From positions 1 through 64,000 of the IMG/VR virus record IMGVR_UViG_3300029288_000060: a DNA stretch of 64,000 bases. One strand, 5' to 3'. The notes under the pieces were generated by a model. The model did no database searches. It saw only the letters and a list, made by a program, of their open reading frames with translations, and was not told where the DNA came from. Position numbers and translations under genes: made by a program. The stretch comes from a virus (Duplodnaviria > Caudoviricetes). Numbering within the stretch: the first letter of the stretch is position 1; each line of letters opens with the position of its first letter. This document shows, piece after piece, positions 26,696 to 35,038 of the stretch.

Positions 26696-27346
26696 TTAAT
26701 CTTCTTTAACGACTTCTTTGTAGACAAATCTTCCGTAACTTCCATTACGAAACTGACCAAGCCCGCAGTACTGACCGTACTCGAGAAACTTCTCGATCAT
26801 TTCCATGGTTAACCACTTGTTCGGCAAAACTCGAATTTCAATTTGAAACTTTAATCCTGGATTAATATAATCCGACTTTGCTAAACAAACCCGTGAAAAA
26901 CCCGTTCTTTGATCTTCTGCACGCAACGGTCTTTCGATTATACCATCTGGCTCTTTGACGTTGAGAATTATGTTACGCGGAAAGACAAACACGTATTTAT
27001 CTATCCTTCCTTTGACGTCATAAATTCCAGCTGGATCGAATAGAAACTGCATTCCTGCTCCAGCACTTTTAAGAAAACCACGGATCTGGTAGTCCATCAA
27101 CATTAGTCCTTTTTCCGGATCCGTATAAAAGCCAGTGTAACCTTTTTCTTCCTCAACAATGTCTGGAATCTCGTCGTCTCCATTAACTTCTGTTGGACGT
27201 TTTGATCCAGTATATTTATCAAAAACGTCCTGGTTTTTCGCAATGGTTCCTAACATTGCAGTTGTGGTTTCTACTTCAAATACCTTTGAAACAATTGCAC
27301 TCGCCAACGCCTTTTTCTTCTCTTTTTTCACTTTTTCCTCTTCCAT
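26696..27346 (-). CDS. Stand-alone Cas7/RAMP-superfamily protein
   Basis: N-terminal strand FEVETTTAMLGT; YQIRGFLKSA helix; IERPLRA...LAKSDYINPGLKFQIEI; C-terminal glycine-rich loop GLGQFRNGSYGRF; SD AGGAGAGG. Confidence 0.8.
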   Translation of the reverse strand: MEEEKVKKEKKKALASAIVSKVFEVETTTAMLGTIAKNQDVFDKYTGSKRPTEVNGDDEIPDIVEEEKGYTGFYTDPEKGLMLMDYQIRGFLKSAGAGMQFLFDPAGIYDVKGRIDKYVFVFPRNIILNVKEPDGIIERPLRAEDQRTGFSRVCLAKSDYINPGLKFQIEIRVLPNKWLTMEMIEKFLEYGQYCGLGQFRNGSYGRFVYKEVVKED

Positions 27347-27365
27347 AATTCCTCTCCTTTTTTAA

Positions 27366-27587
27366 TTAGTCCTCATTAAAAATTATTATACAATTACTAT
27401 TTGGAGTTCCACACATATTATCAATATTACAAGTACAACCAGTTTCATGACGAAGACCAGATACTCTAATTTTAATTAGGATTTCTTTGATGGTAAGTTC
27501 TTGAAAAAGTATGTCAAGGTCATCGTCATTTTTAAGGAAAACACAAAAATTAGAGTACATTTCTAAGAGAGATTTTAAGTTTTTCAA
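27366..27587 (-). CDS. Small hypothetical protein
   Basis: TTG start with SD AGGAGG; Cys-rich C-terminus. Confidence 0.55.
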   Translation of the reverse strand: MKNLKSLLEMYSNFCVFLKNDDDLDILFQELTIKEILIKIRVSGLRHETGCTCNIDNMCGTPNSNCIIIFNED

Positions 27588-27601
27588 TTGACTTGTACCT
27601 C

Positions 27602-28063
27602 CTACTCAAAGCTAATTGCATCTAACATATTGGATCCTTTCACTTTTTGTGCATCCCATAAACGGGCCAAAGCTTCTTTTGTAACAAAACCCATTGGAAA
27701 TAATTCCGTTGCCATTGCGCGAATTGTAATCGGCTCTTGATATTGTAATTGGTGGTGTTTCAAGTAATATAAATACATAACTATATTACCAGGTATTCCA
27801 TTTGATAAGAAGGAAATGAGCATAAGACTAGGATCATTTATCTTCAGATGAATTGATTCCGCTCTGGTTTTGGCAACTTTATAAGAAAATTCCATAAAAT
27901 CTGGGATTGGTATTTCTTTATCAGGAGTGAGCTCCAACCTTCCCATTATTAAAAAGATTTTAGCCAGATCAAGAGACATCTCTTCTTTATCTTCATTTTG
28001 AAACTTCTGTGCCCAATTTTCAAACTTTTCTTGAAATTCTTTCATAGTTAAACTCGCCTCCAC
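27602..28063 (-). CDS. Hypothetical protein (start may be ATG 28045)
   Basis: 153-aa ORF in minus-strand cluster. Confidence 0.7.
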   Translation of the reverse strand: MEASLTMKEFQEKFENWAQKFQNEDKEEMSLDLAKIFLIMGRLELTPDKEIPIPDFMEFSYKVAKTRAESIHLKINDPSLMLISFLSNGIPGNIVMYLYYLKHHQLQYQEPITIRAMATELFPMGFVTKEALARLWDAQKVKGSNMLDAISFE

Positions 28064-28069
28064 TCTTTT

Positions 28070-28234
28070 TTATTTTATTTTTTTACATTCCTTACAAAAC
28101 ATTTTTGCAGGTAAAGGTCCGTAATATTCTATTGTTTTATAAAAATTTTTTTGACATCGAGGACAAATACAAAGTGTTTTTCGTCTCCTTGATTTGAAAA
28201 TATCATCTTCATACCTTTTTGTATTCTGAGCCAT
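28070..28234 (-). CDS. 54-aa zinc-ribbon protein (not in ORF track)
   Basis: MAQNTKRY...CICPRCQ...FCKECKKIK; SD-like GGAAGGA. Confidence 0.6.
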   Translation of the reverse strand: MAQNTKRYEDDIFKSRRRKTLCICPRCQKNFYKTIEYYGPLPAKMFCKECKKIK

Positions 28235-28264
28235 TTGATATTCCTTCCTTCTGCATTAAATTTA

Positions 28265-28338
28265 TGGCTAACGTGGAAGGATTCGAACCTTCATTTCTGG
28301 AGTCAGAGTCCAGCGTCCTGCCGTTGGACGACACGTCA
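28265..28338 (-). tRNA. tRNA-Gln(CUG)
   Basis: Full cloverleaf: TGACGTG/CACGTTA acceptor, CTGGA-CT CTG AC-TCCAG, GAAGG-TTCGAAT-CCTTC, encoded CCA. Confidence 0.95.
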
Positions 28339-28343
28339 ATTGT

Positions 28344-28529
28344 TTACTTAAAAAAATATGTGGTTGTCCGATCTTGATCATCTTTCATTTGTAACTTTAT
28401 TAAACTAGATAATTCAAGTTTGAATATTTCCTTATTTTGGATATTAAAGTTTATACTTATACTATCAAAGTCATCATCCAATTTTATAGTTAAGAAACCA
28501 TTATAAGCATTACAAAATAACTTTTTCAT
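28344..28529 (-). CDS. Small hypothetical protein between tRNAs
   Basis: SD GAGG; 61 aa. Confidence 0.6.
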   Translation of the reverse strand: MKKLFCNAYNGFLTIKLDDDFDSISINFNIQNKEIFKLELSSLIKLQMKDDQDRTTTYFFK

Positions 28530-28547
28530 TGTTCCTCTTTTGAAAAA

Positions 28548-28635
28548 TGGTGGGAGAGACGGGACTTGAACCCGTACAGAATTTAGTTCCGAGGGATTTT
28601 AAGTCCCTTGTGTCTACCAATTCCACCACTCTCCC
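28548..28635 (-). tRNA. tRNA-Leu(UAA)
   Basis: GGGAGAG/CTCTCCC acceptor, AGGGA-CT TAA AA-TCCCT, long variable arm, ACGGG-TTCAAGT-CCCGT, encoded CCA. Confidence 0.95.
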
Positions 28636-28645
28636 ACTATACACT

Positions 28646-29095
28646 TTACTTCTTAGTTGCTACTTCAAAAAACGATCTCATTGGGTCCCCCAAAAACGGG
28701 TTTGAACAAAACCTCTGGACTATGTCAAATAACTCAACTGACGTAATACCCAACTCAGTCGGGATCTTTTCCTCGACTTCCTTCTGAATCTTATCCTCTT
28801 CCCAACTGAATTCCTTAAGTAAATAAATTATTACTTCTTCTGTAATTCGAGGTTCATAAACCCTATTCGGATTTATGTCATCATAGCAATAGATTTTGTC
28901 ATTGGAACTATATTTAATGACCACATCCCTGTGATTTATGACGCCTCCGCCCTCGTACTTAAAAATTGGGGTCGGACAAAAATCCTTTGTGATATGAACT
29001 CCGCAACGGTGGTTTGCCAAAATAATCGCCAATGCCTGAAACAGCCGATAGAACTTTGCAGCCTTTTTAATTAACTTCTCCATTTTTCCCTCCAA
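28646..29095 (-). CDS. Hypothetical protein (start probably ATG 29083)
   Basis: SD GGAGG before MEKLIKK; promoter motif at 29118. Confidence 0.7.
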   Translation of the reverse strand: MEGKMEKLIKKAAKFYRLFQALAIILANHRCGVHITKDFCPTPIFKYEGGGVINHRDVVIKYSSNDKIYCYDDINPNRVYEPRITEEVIIYLLKEFSWEEDKIQKEVEEKIPTELGITSVELFDIVQRFCSNPFLGDPMRSFFEVATKK

Positions 29096-29137
29096 AATAA
29101 TTTTATTTATCCAAAAATTAATATATGTATTATTCTG

Positions 29138-30931
29138 TTATATACTTAAAAATTTTTGAAATAATTCATCATAACTAATAATAGGTACACCAAGTTTTTC
29201 TGCATTTTTCATCTTTCCACTTTTAGAATCTGGATCATTTGTAACTAAATAATTTGTATTTTTTGAAATACCCTTTACCTCGCCACCTTTAGATTCAATC
29301 ATACTTTTAATTTTATTTCGATCTAAAGGACCCTTACCAGTCAACTCAAATAACATTCCATTTAAACTTTGACTCATATTATCCTCCGTTATAAATTCTA
29401 AACCGATTAATTTTAAATAATCATATAGTTCTTTATAATTAGTAATATTGTCAATAAAAGTTTGTGATGTAATATTTCCTAATCCAAGTTTAGTTAAATC
29501 TTTTATTTCAAATAATTCATCAATTGTAAATTTTTTACATAATTTTCTTGATAAAGTTTTACCTATCATAGGAATTCCTAATGCATGCAAAAGGTTCTCA
29601 GGTTTAACCTTTAAAGTTTTCTTTACTTCAGATAGGATCTTTTCGGCTTTTTTCTTGCCAAAACCTGGTAATTTTTCGAGATATTCTTGAGTTAAACTAT
29701 ACATCTCTTGGATTGATGTAATTCCTATGTTTTCAATAGTCTTATCCGACATACCTTCACAACCCATTGAAATAAAGAAATGAGCTACATTTTGAACATT
29801 TTTATGAAAGCATTTTGGGTTCATACAAATTAATTCTTTGCTTTTTAAGATAACAGGACCATTACAATCAGGACATGATGTTGGAATATTAGAAAAAGTA
29901 GATATGAATACTTCAGTCACATAAGGAACAACATCACCAGATCTCACGACTCCAATTTCCGAGTCCTTTCCAATAGAATTTACATATATATATTGTGCAT
30001 TAAATCCAGTGGCTCTTGATACAGTAACACCCATAATCTCAGTTGGTTCAATTAATATAACTGGTTTGATATACCCCATTCTAGTTACATTCCATTCAAC
30101 ATCTATGACTTTACATCTAATTGCTTCTTCGTTTACTTTAAATTTTACTTTATTTTTTGGAAATTTAATATTTTCCCTTATAGACTTATTAAATGTTAAT
30201 ACTAACCCATCAATAATATATGTTGCATTTTCTTTATAATTAAGTAATGTTTCGGACAAAAGATTTGGAAGTTCTGGAACATTTTCATATAAAATATAAT
30301 TAGGAATTCTTAAATTTAAATTTTGAATATATTCTAATCTATCAATTTCTAAAGGAATATTATTTGGACATTCTACCACTTCATAAAAAATTGCTGATAA
30401 GAGTTTAAGATCATTTGGGTTAATATCATCTCTTCTTAATAAACCTGTAACACCATTTCTTCTATTTTTAAAACTAAAATGTTCATGTAAATTTCCTTCT
30501 AGAAGAACTTCGCCTCTTAAGGTAATTTTTCCTTTTTCAGAAATTTGTGGAATAAAATATTTTGCTTTTTCTAAGATATCTTGACCTTCTTCTTCATCAC
30601 CTCTTGACGCAGCAAAAATTAATTTTCCATCTTGCCAGGTTACTAAAATTGAATTACCGTCTAATTTTTCTGAAGCAACTATTAAATCATCATTTTTATT
30701 TGCCCAATCTTTAACTGAATCAACGTCAACTTTTTGTAACCCACCCATAACAAATGGAAGTTTAATTGTTTTATATTCACTTTTAAAGCCCACTTGCTCA
30801 AAGTATGGATCATTCGGGAATTCCTTTTTTGCCTCAGATTTTAATAAATCATATTCAGTATCAGTTAGTGAACTTTTTCCTGATTCAAAATATAATTTAT
30901 CATATTCCTTTAGTTGTTCTATTTTGTTCAT
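29138..30931 (-). CDS. ligA: NAD-dependent DNA ligase (start reassigned to ATG 30931)
   Basis: EKLDG, SRGD...G.DI, RGEV, IDGLV, Cys4 zinc finger, HhH GFGKKKA, BRCT; SD AGGAGG before MNKIEQL. Confidence 0.95.
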   Translation of the reverse strand: MNKIEQLKEYDKLYFESGKSSLTDTEYDLLKSEAKKEFPNDPYFEQVGFKSEYKTIKLPFVMGGLQKVDVDSVKDWANKNDDLIVASEKLDGNSILVTWQDGKLIFAASRGDEEEGQDILEKAKYFIPQISEKGKITLRGEVLLEGNLHEHFSFKNRRNGVTGLLRRDDINPNDLKLLSAIFYEVVECPNNIPLEIDRLEYIQNLNLRIPNYILYENVPELPNLLSETLLNYKENATYIIDGLVLTFNKSIRENIKFPKNKVKFKVNEEAIRCKVIDVEWNVTRMGYIKPVILIEPTEIMGVTVSRATGFNAQYIYVNSIGKDSEIGVVRSGDVVPYVTEVFISTFSNIPTSCPDCNGPVILKSKELICMNPKCFHKNVQNVAHFFISMGCEGMSDKTIENIGITSIQEMYSLTQEYLEKLPGFGKKKAEKILSEVKKTLKVKPENLLHALGIPMIGKTLSRKLCKKFTIDELFEIKDLTKLGLGNITSQTFIDNITNYKELYDYLKLIGLEFITEDNMSQSLNGMLFELTGKGPLDRNKIKSMIESKGGEVKGISKNTNYLVTNDPDSKSGKMKNAEKLGVPIISYDELFQKFLSI

Positions 30932-31012
30932 TAACGAACCTCCTTTATTTTTAAATAATATATGTAGTATATGAAAATAAACAAAAAAACAAAAATTTGA
31001 ACAAAAAATGCT

Positions 31013-31046
31013 AAACAATTCTAATACTAGAGTATTAGAATTGTTT
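31013..31046. terminator. Inverted repeat / probable terminator
   Basis: AAACAATTCTAATACT / AGTATTAGAATTGTTT. Confidence 0.55.
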
Positions 31047-31190
31047 TTTAATTTGTATTTTTATTTAATTTTTGTGGATTAAACAAAAACAATTTTATTT
31101 TTATTTTTATTTTTGTTTGTACGATCTCCACGTGTCCCCCTTGCTAGATTGTAATAATGGCAAGATACATCTGAATTCAAAGCTTGATAA

Positions 31191-31293
31191 TCACCACCTT
31201 TCATATTAATTTTTTACTTTTAATTAACTAAAAAATTCACCGCCTTTCATTTTTAAGCTTTTAATTTTAATTAACTTCTAAGTTCACCTCCTT
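31191..31293 (-). repeat. Three evenly spaced extended SD-like motifs AAGGNGGTGA
   Basis: Copies at 31284-31293, 31237-31246, 31191-31200 (46-47-nt spacing); first two followed by AGTTAATTAAAA. Confidence 0.7.
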
Positions 31294-31302
31294 TTTTAAT
31301 TA

Positions 31303-31404
31303 GGCCCTCCCCCACGTCTATCTTTTAAAAAAAGAGTAGGCGTGACACATGCAGCTGGGGGGGACCTGCATTGTGTTTTAACACACATGCATCACAACCT
31401 ACCC
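31303..31404 (-). ncRNA. Candidate structured RNA with C-rich loop and potential pseudoknot or alternative pairing
   Basis: Begins just downstream of promoter motif 31424; GGGTAGG/CCTACTC closing stem followed by U7; loop GGUC7A complementary to downstream UGGGGGAGGGCC. Confidence 0.55.
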
Positions 31405-31489
31405 TTTACTTATTTATCAAAAATTAATATATATAGTTATAAAAACTATATCTAATTTTAAAAAATAAAAGAAAAAATAATGATAAAAC

Positions 31490-31530
31490 TTTGGGTTGGT
31501 GGAGAGTTATAAAAATTCCACCAACCCAAA
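31490..31530 (-). terminator. Terminator-like hairpin
   Basis: TTTGGGTTGGTGGA / TCCACCAACCCAAA. Confidence 0.65.
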
Positions 31531-31535
31531 CATAA

Positions 31536-32102
31536 CTATCGCTTTTTCCCCTTCTGATTCTGAATATCTTTGTCATAAGCAGTCAGCAGCTGGTTACAAA
31601 GTTTTTCTAAATTACCAGGTTTCTGGTAATATTCCCAGATTCTGTAGAGTACATGTTCCTGAAAAAGCATTTTCTCCATCTGCGCTTCTTCAGGTGTTCT
31701 AGCCTTTGCAATAGACTTGCCGCTGGCGTGAGCTTTGATGACACCAGTGATGTAGATGAATTCGTGTTCCTTTGGTACCACATCTAAGTTACTGATGTCT
31801 TTGCTGATGATTATGTGTTGAAAAAACCTCATCATCTTGTACTTATTCTCAGCGAGAAATTTCCGTTTCTCTTTGTCAAGAATGGTACCATTCTTGATGA
31901 TATTGTCCATGTCCTTCTCACTTAGTACCACGCTGATGTAATCGTCGAGGAATTGATTCTTGGACATTGAATCCTCAAACCCGGTTGTCATTTTGACGAA
32001 TGCTTTATGGTTTACAAAGGAATCATACTTCGTCGCCGAAAAACCAATGGAATAGAAACAGAACATAATGACCAATAACGTAAGAGCAATAATTTTTTTC
32101 AT
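31536..32102 (-). CDS. Secreted/periplasmic hypothetical protein with signal peptide
   Basis: MKKIIALTLLVIMFCFYSIGFSA; own promoter motif and terminator. Confidence 0.75.
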   Translation of the reverse strand: MKKIIALTLLVIMFCFYSIGFSATKYDSFVNHKAFVKMTTGFEDSMSKNQFLDDYISVVLSEKDMDNIIKNGTILDKEKRKFLAENKYKMMRFFQHIIISKDISNLDVVPKEHEFIYITGVIKAHASGKSIAKARTPEEAQMEKMLFQEHVLYRIWEYYQKPGNLEKLCNQLLTAYDKDIQNQKGKKR

Positions 32103-32210
32103 GTTGAATCTCCTTTTAGTTTAATATTATAATTCTAATTTATTTCATATTAATATATATAGTTTTTTACAGGAAAACTAACAAAAAAATAAGAATTTTT
32201 GTTAATTAGA

Positions 32211-32244
32211 AGAGTGTGTTATATATAAATATATAACACACTCT
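32211..32244. terminator. Inverted repeat downstream of deaminase gene
   Basis: AGAGTGTGTTATATAT / ATATATAACACACTCT. Confidence 0.55.
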
Positions 32245-32251
32245 ATTTTTT

Positions 32252-32629
32252 TTACTCATACTTTATAACATATGGATATTTATCAATCGTATAAAATATA
32301 TTTTTAATACCTGCATACTCAATGTATTTCATACAATTGATGCAAGGTTTACTCAACCTAAGTTGCCCACTTTTATTTATTCTTACAACTAACATGCTAC
32401 ATCCCTTTAAATCCATTCTTGCTTTAATAATAGCATCCACTTCTGCATGAACACTATATGGAAATCTTTGGAATTTTGGATGCAATTTTTTTACAGATTT
32501 TTGAGACGTATTGTAACCTTTTGATAAAATTGTTTTTTTATCAAATATAATACAACCAACTTTATGTTGATGGTTACTTTTCTTTGCCTCCTCTATTGCT
32601 AATTTTATTAATTTATTTGAAATAATCAT
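32252..32629 (-). CDS. Zinc-dependent cytidine/dCMP deaminase-family protein
   Basis: HKVGC, GYN, HAE, SKPCINC. Confidence 0.88.
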   Translation of the reverse strand: MIISNKLIKLAIEEAKKSNHQHKVGCIIFDKKTILSKGYNTSQKSVKKLHPKFQRFPYSVHAEVDAIIKARMDLKGCSMLVVRINKSGQLRLSKPCINCMKYIEYAGIKNIFYTIDKYPYVIKYE

Positions 32630-32883
32630 TTAGCTAATTCCATTCCAAATAAATGAACATGATCACATTCAGGACAACATATAATTTGGTCTCCTGCTTT
32701 AGCACTAGGACCTATTAATGACGCTATGATTTTTTCATCTTTGTCAACGAATATAAATTGATTTGGACAAAACATAGATATATTCGGTAAAGCAGAATCC
32801 AATTTAAGTTTTTCACCAGGAATTATTTTCTTACATTTATCACATATGTATTTTTTTCCTTTTACAGATTCAGAAAATAACAA
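32626..32883 (-). CDS. Zinc-ribbon hypothetical protein
   Basis: CDKC...CPEC; SD AGGAGG. Confidence 0.65.
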   Translation of the reverse strand: MLFSESVKGKKYICDKCKKIIPGEKLKLDSALPNISMFCPNQFIFVDKDEKIIASLIGPSAKAGDQIICCPECDHVHLFGMELAK

Positions 32884-32896
32884 CTATACCTCCTGT

Positions 32897-33244
32897 TTAT
32901 CTTAAGAATTCATCAAAATTCCAGAAAAAGCTTTCTGATACACCTCCATTTCTAAGTATGTAATCAAAAACTCCACCAATTAACGTACCGTCTTCATCAC
33001 CAAAAACACAACGTTTTGCTTCTCCTGGTTCAAATTCGATATTATGATCAATTGCACTCTTTATCAGATTTTCTTGAGTATATATCGGATTTGATTTATA
33101 CCAATCATACTCTTCTTTAAAATCCTCAATGAGTTGCGGGTTTTCTTTTACAAAATCAACCAGATCTTTTTTTGTATCTGATTTATTTTTAATTATAAAA
33201 GATGTGCTGCTTGAGTTAGTTACAAAATCCATTTTTATTTTCAT
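32897..33244 (-). CDS. Hypothetical protein of the MKI(K/R)xDFVTNSSS N-terminal family (start reassigned to ATG 33244)
   Basis: MKIKMDFVTNSSSTSFII motif, recurrent in phage proteins. Confidence 0.7.
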   Translation of the reverse strand: MKIKMDFVTNSSSTSFIIKNKSDTKKDLVDFVKENPQLIEDFKEEYDWYKSNPIYTQENLIKSAIDHNIEFEPGEAKRCVFGDEDGTLIGGVFDYILRNGGVSESFFWNFDEFLR

Positions 33245-33342
33245 CTTATTTTCCTGCGAATTGATCTGCATCACATGTTTTTTTACGAGCAACAAATTTA
33301 TCAGTTACTGAACACTTTTTGTCTTTTCTTTTTTTACAATTT

Positions 33343-33717
33343 TTACATATTCTTTCTTTGTCCATTTTTAATCTCCTTTTTCATTTTTTTATGAATTTTC
33401 CATGCTTCTGCTTCATCTTTTTCATATTGAATTTTATCTTTAATTATTTTTTCTTCTTTTAATCTGTAATCATATCCATTTATAAAATCTCCTATACACG
33501 TATGAATATTAAGTAATGTAGTTGTATATTTTGACCAAGATTTATTTAGGACAAAACACCAATTATCAGTATAAGAAATATGCTTATCTGTATTATCTAT
33601 AATTCTGTGGGAACTTGAACTATGTTGTATTAGAGTAAAATCTTTAACTGCTTCAATTTTTAATTTTAAGTTTTCTAAGGTATGACTACTAAATAAAATA
33701 AACTCATTTTCTTGCAT
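33343..33717 (-). CDS. Hypothetical protein
   Basis: ORF track; overlapping operon arrangement. Confidence 0.6.
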   Translation of the reverse strand: MQENEFILFSSHTLENLKLKIEAVKDFTLIQHSSSSHRIIDNTDKHISYTDNWCFVLNKSWSKYTTTLLNIHTCIGDFINGYDYRLKEEKIIKDKIQYEKDEAEAWKIHKKMKKEIKNGQRKNM

Positions 33718-33982
33718 GAATTACTCTTTCTGATTGTAATCCTTTTTCCCAGGTACTTCCTGATGCTTGAACTTCATCTAAATCTTTTTCTAATTGATGA
33801 TTTTTCATTAATTGATCTAAAGCGATTCTAGCAAATTTAGCCTGTCTGTCAGATCCAAAAGAGCCAAAATTCAAATATTTGTAAATTAATTGCATTGTTT
33901 CTTTAATATCATTACTTTCAATATTTTTTAAGATTTTATCAAATCTTTTATACCATACATAATCCTCAACTCTGTTTTTCAT
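33704..33982 (-). CDS. Hypothetical protein
   Basis: SD GGAGG; ORF track. Confidence 0.6.
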   Translation of the reverse strand: MKNRVEDYVWYKRFDKILKNIESNDIKETMQLIYKYLNFGSFGSDRQAKFARIALDQLMKNHQLEKDLDEVQASGSTWEKGLQSERVIHARK

Positions 33983-34142
33983 TCTTTAATCTTTCCTCCT
34001 CCTCTTTTCTAAATCTTTTTAAATAATACGCTGCGCTAGAACGAGTTTCTCCAGTGAGATAAGGTTTACCATTTTTGAATACTGCCCATGAATATAAATC
34101 ATCGCCTTCATATTTTTTCATTGTGTATTTATTTTTTGTCAT
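33966..34142 (-). CDS. 58-aa hypothetical protein (not in ORF track)
   Basis: MTKNKYTMKKYEGDDLYSWAVFKNGKPY...; fills gap in operon. Confidence 0.5.
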   Translation of the reverse strand: MTKNKYTMKKYEGDDLYSWAVFKNGKPYLTGETRSSAAYYLKRFRKEEEERLKNEKQS

Positions 34143-34210
34143 TTTTCATCCCCATCTTTAAAATTATTTAGAACAAATATTAAATTTACTTTAGAAAAGG
34201 AAAAATAAAC

Positions 34211-34915
34211 ATGGAACATTATGATGAAAAGGGAATGGTAATTTGTCAAGAATGCAAAAAAGCTTTTCACTTAATAACTAAAAAACATTTAATGAAGCAC
34301 CATAATATTACATTATTAGAGTACAAAGTAAAATATTTAGATTTTCCTACTTGCAGCAAATCTTTCTCTGCAAAACAAAGATTAAAAAATGTAAATGTCT
34401 TTAAAGTACCAACAGATACAAGTGATAAGCTCATAGATGAACCAACTAAAGAAGAAATTAAAATTGAAGATTTTGGGTCTATAGAAATTGATAAAATTCC
34501 TAAAGTACCAAAAGAATATGCAGAAACAGTTTCAAATTTTATAGAAGAAGTTAAAGAATTTACTAAAGATTTTGATTCAACTTATCCAAACCCAAATAAT
34601 ATTATTCATAAAGATAAAATAAAATTTTTGAATTTTTTATTAATGTATTTTGGTAATGATGTAAAAAATTCTTATTTTGTAAACAAAATGACTAAAAATG
34701 GTTCTATAGAAGAAAGATTAGTTACAGATATAGCAATCGTTAGTTTAAAGATTAACTTTGAGTTTCCTGGTACTTTTTGGCACAATATGGATATACCTAA
34801 AGTAAATAGAGATTTTAAACTAAAAACAATGGGGTGGAAAATTATTGATATTCCAGGTCCAAAACCAAGTCTCTCTGATTTTAAAGAAATTCTTAAAAAA
34901 AATAATCTGATTTGA
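34211..34915 (+). CDS. MucR-like zinc finger fused to a degenerate Vsr/DUF559-like domain
   Basis: CQECKKAFHLITKKHLMKHHNITLLEYK; DIAI...NFEFPGTFWH...RD..LKTMGWKII. Confidence 0.6.
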   Translation: MEHYDEKGMVICQECKKAFHLITKKHLMKHHNITLLEYKVKYLDFPTCSKSFSAKQRLKNVNVFKVPTDTSDKLIDEPTKEEIKIEDFGSIEIDKIPKVPKEYAETVSNFIEEVKEFTKDFDSTYPNPNNIIHKDKIKFLNFLLMYFGNDVKNSYFVNKMTKNGSIEERLVTDIAIVSLKINFEFPGTFWHNMDIPKVNRDFKLKTMGWKIIDIPGPKPSLSDFKEILKKNNLI

Positions 34916-34977
34916 TTACTTCCATAGAACAAACATTCATATATCAATTACTCTGATACAATTACTGATTTACTTTC

Positions 34978-35007
34978 GGGAGAGATACTTTGTTTAGTAT
35001 CTCTCCC
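34978..35007. terminator. Hairpin between convergent genes
   Basis: GGGAGAGATACT / AGTATCTCTCCC. Confidence 0.7.
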
Positions 35008-35038
35008 ATTTTACCGGTGTTTTATAAAGTATCATATT

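Noticed and set aside
26215-27346. Conventional CRISPR-Cas locus
   Set aside because: No identical 25-40-nt direct repeats with spacers and no other cas genes seen anywhere in the window
30932-31018. N-terminal extension of ligase in the ORF track
   Set aside because: Overlaps promoter motif; SD supports ATG at 30931
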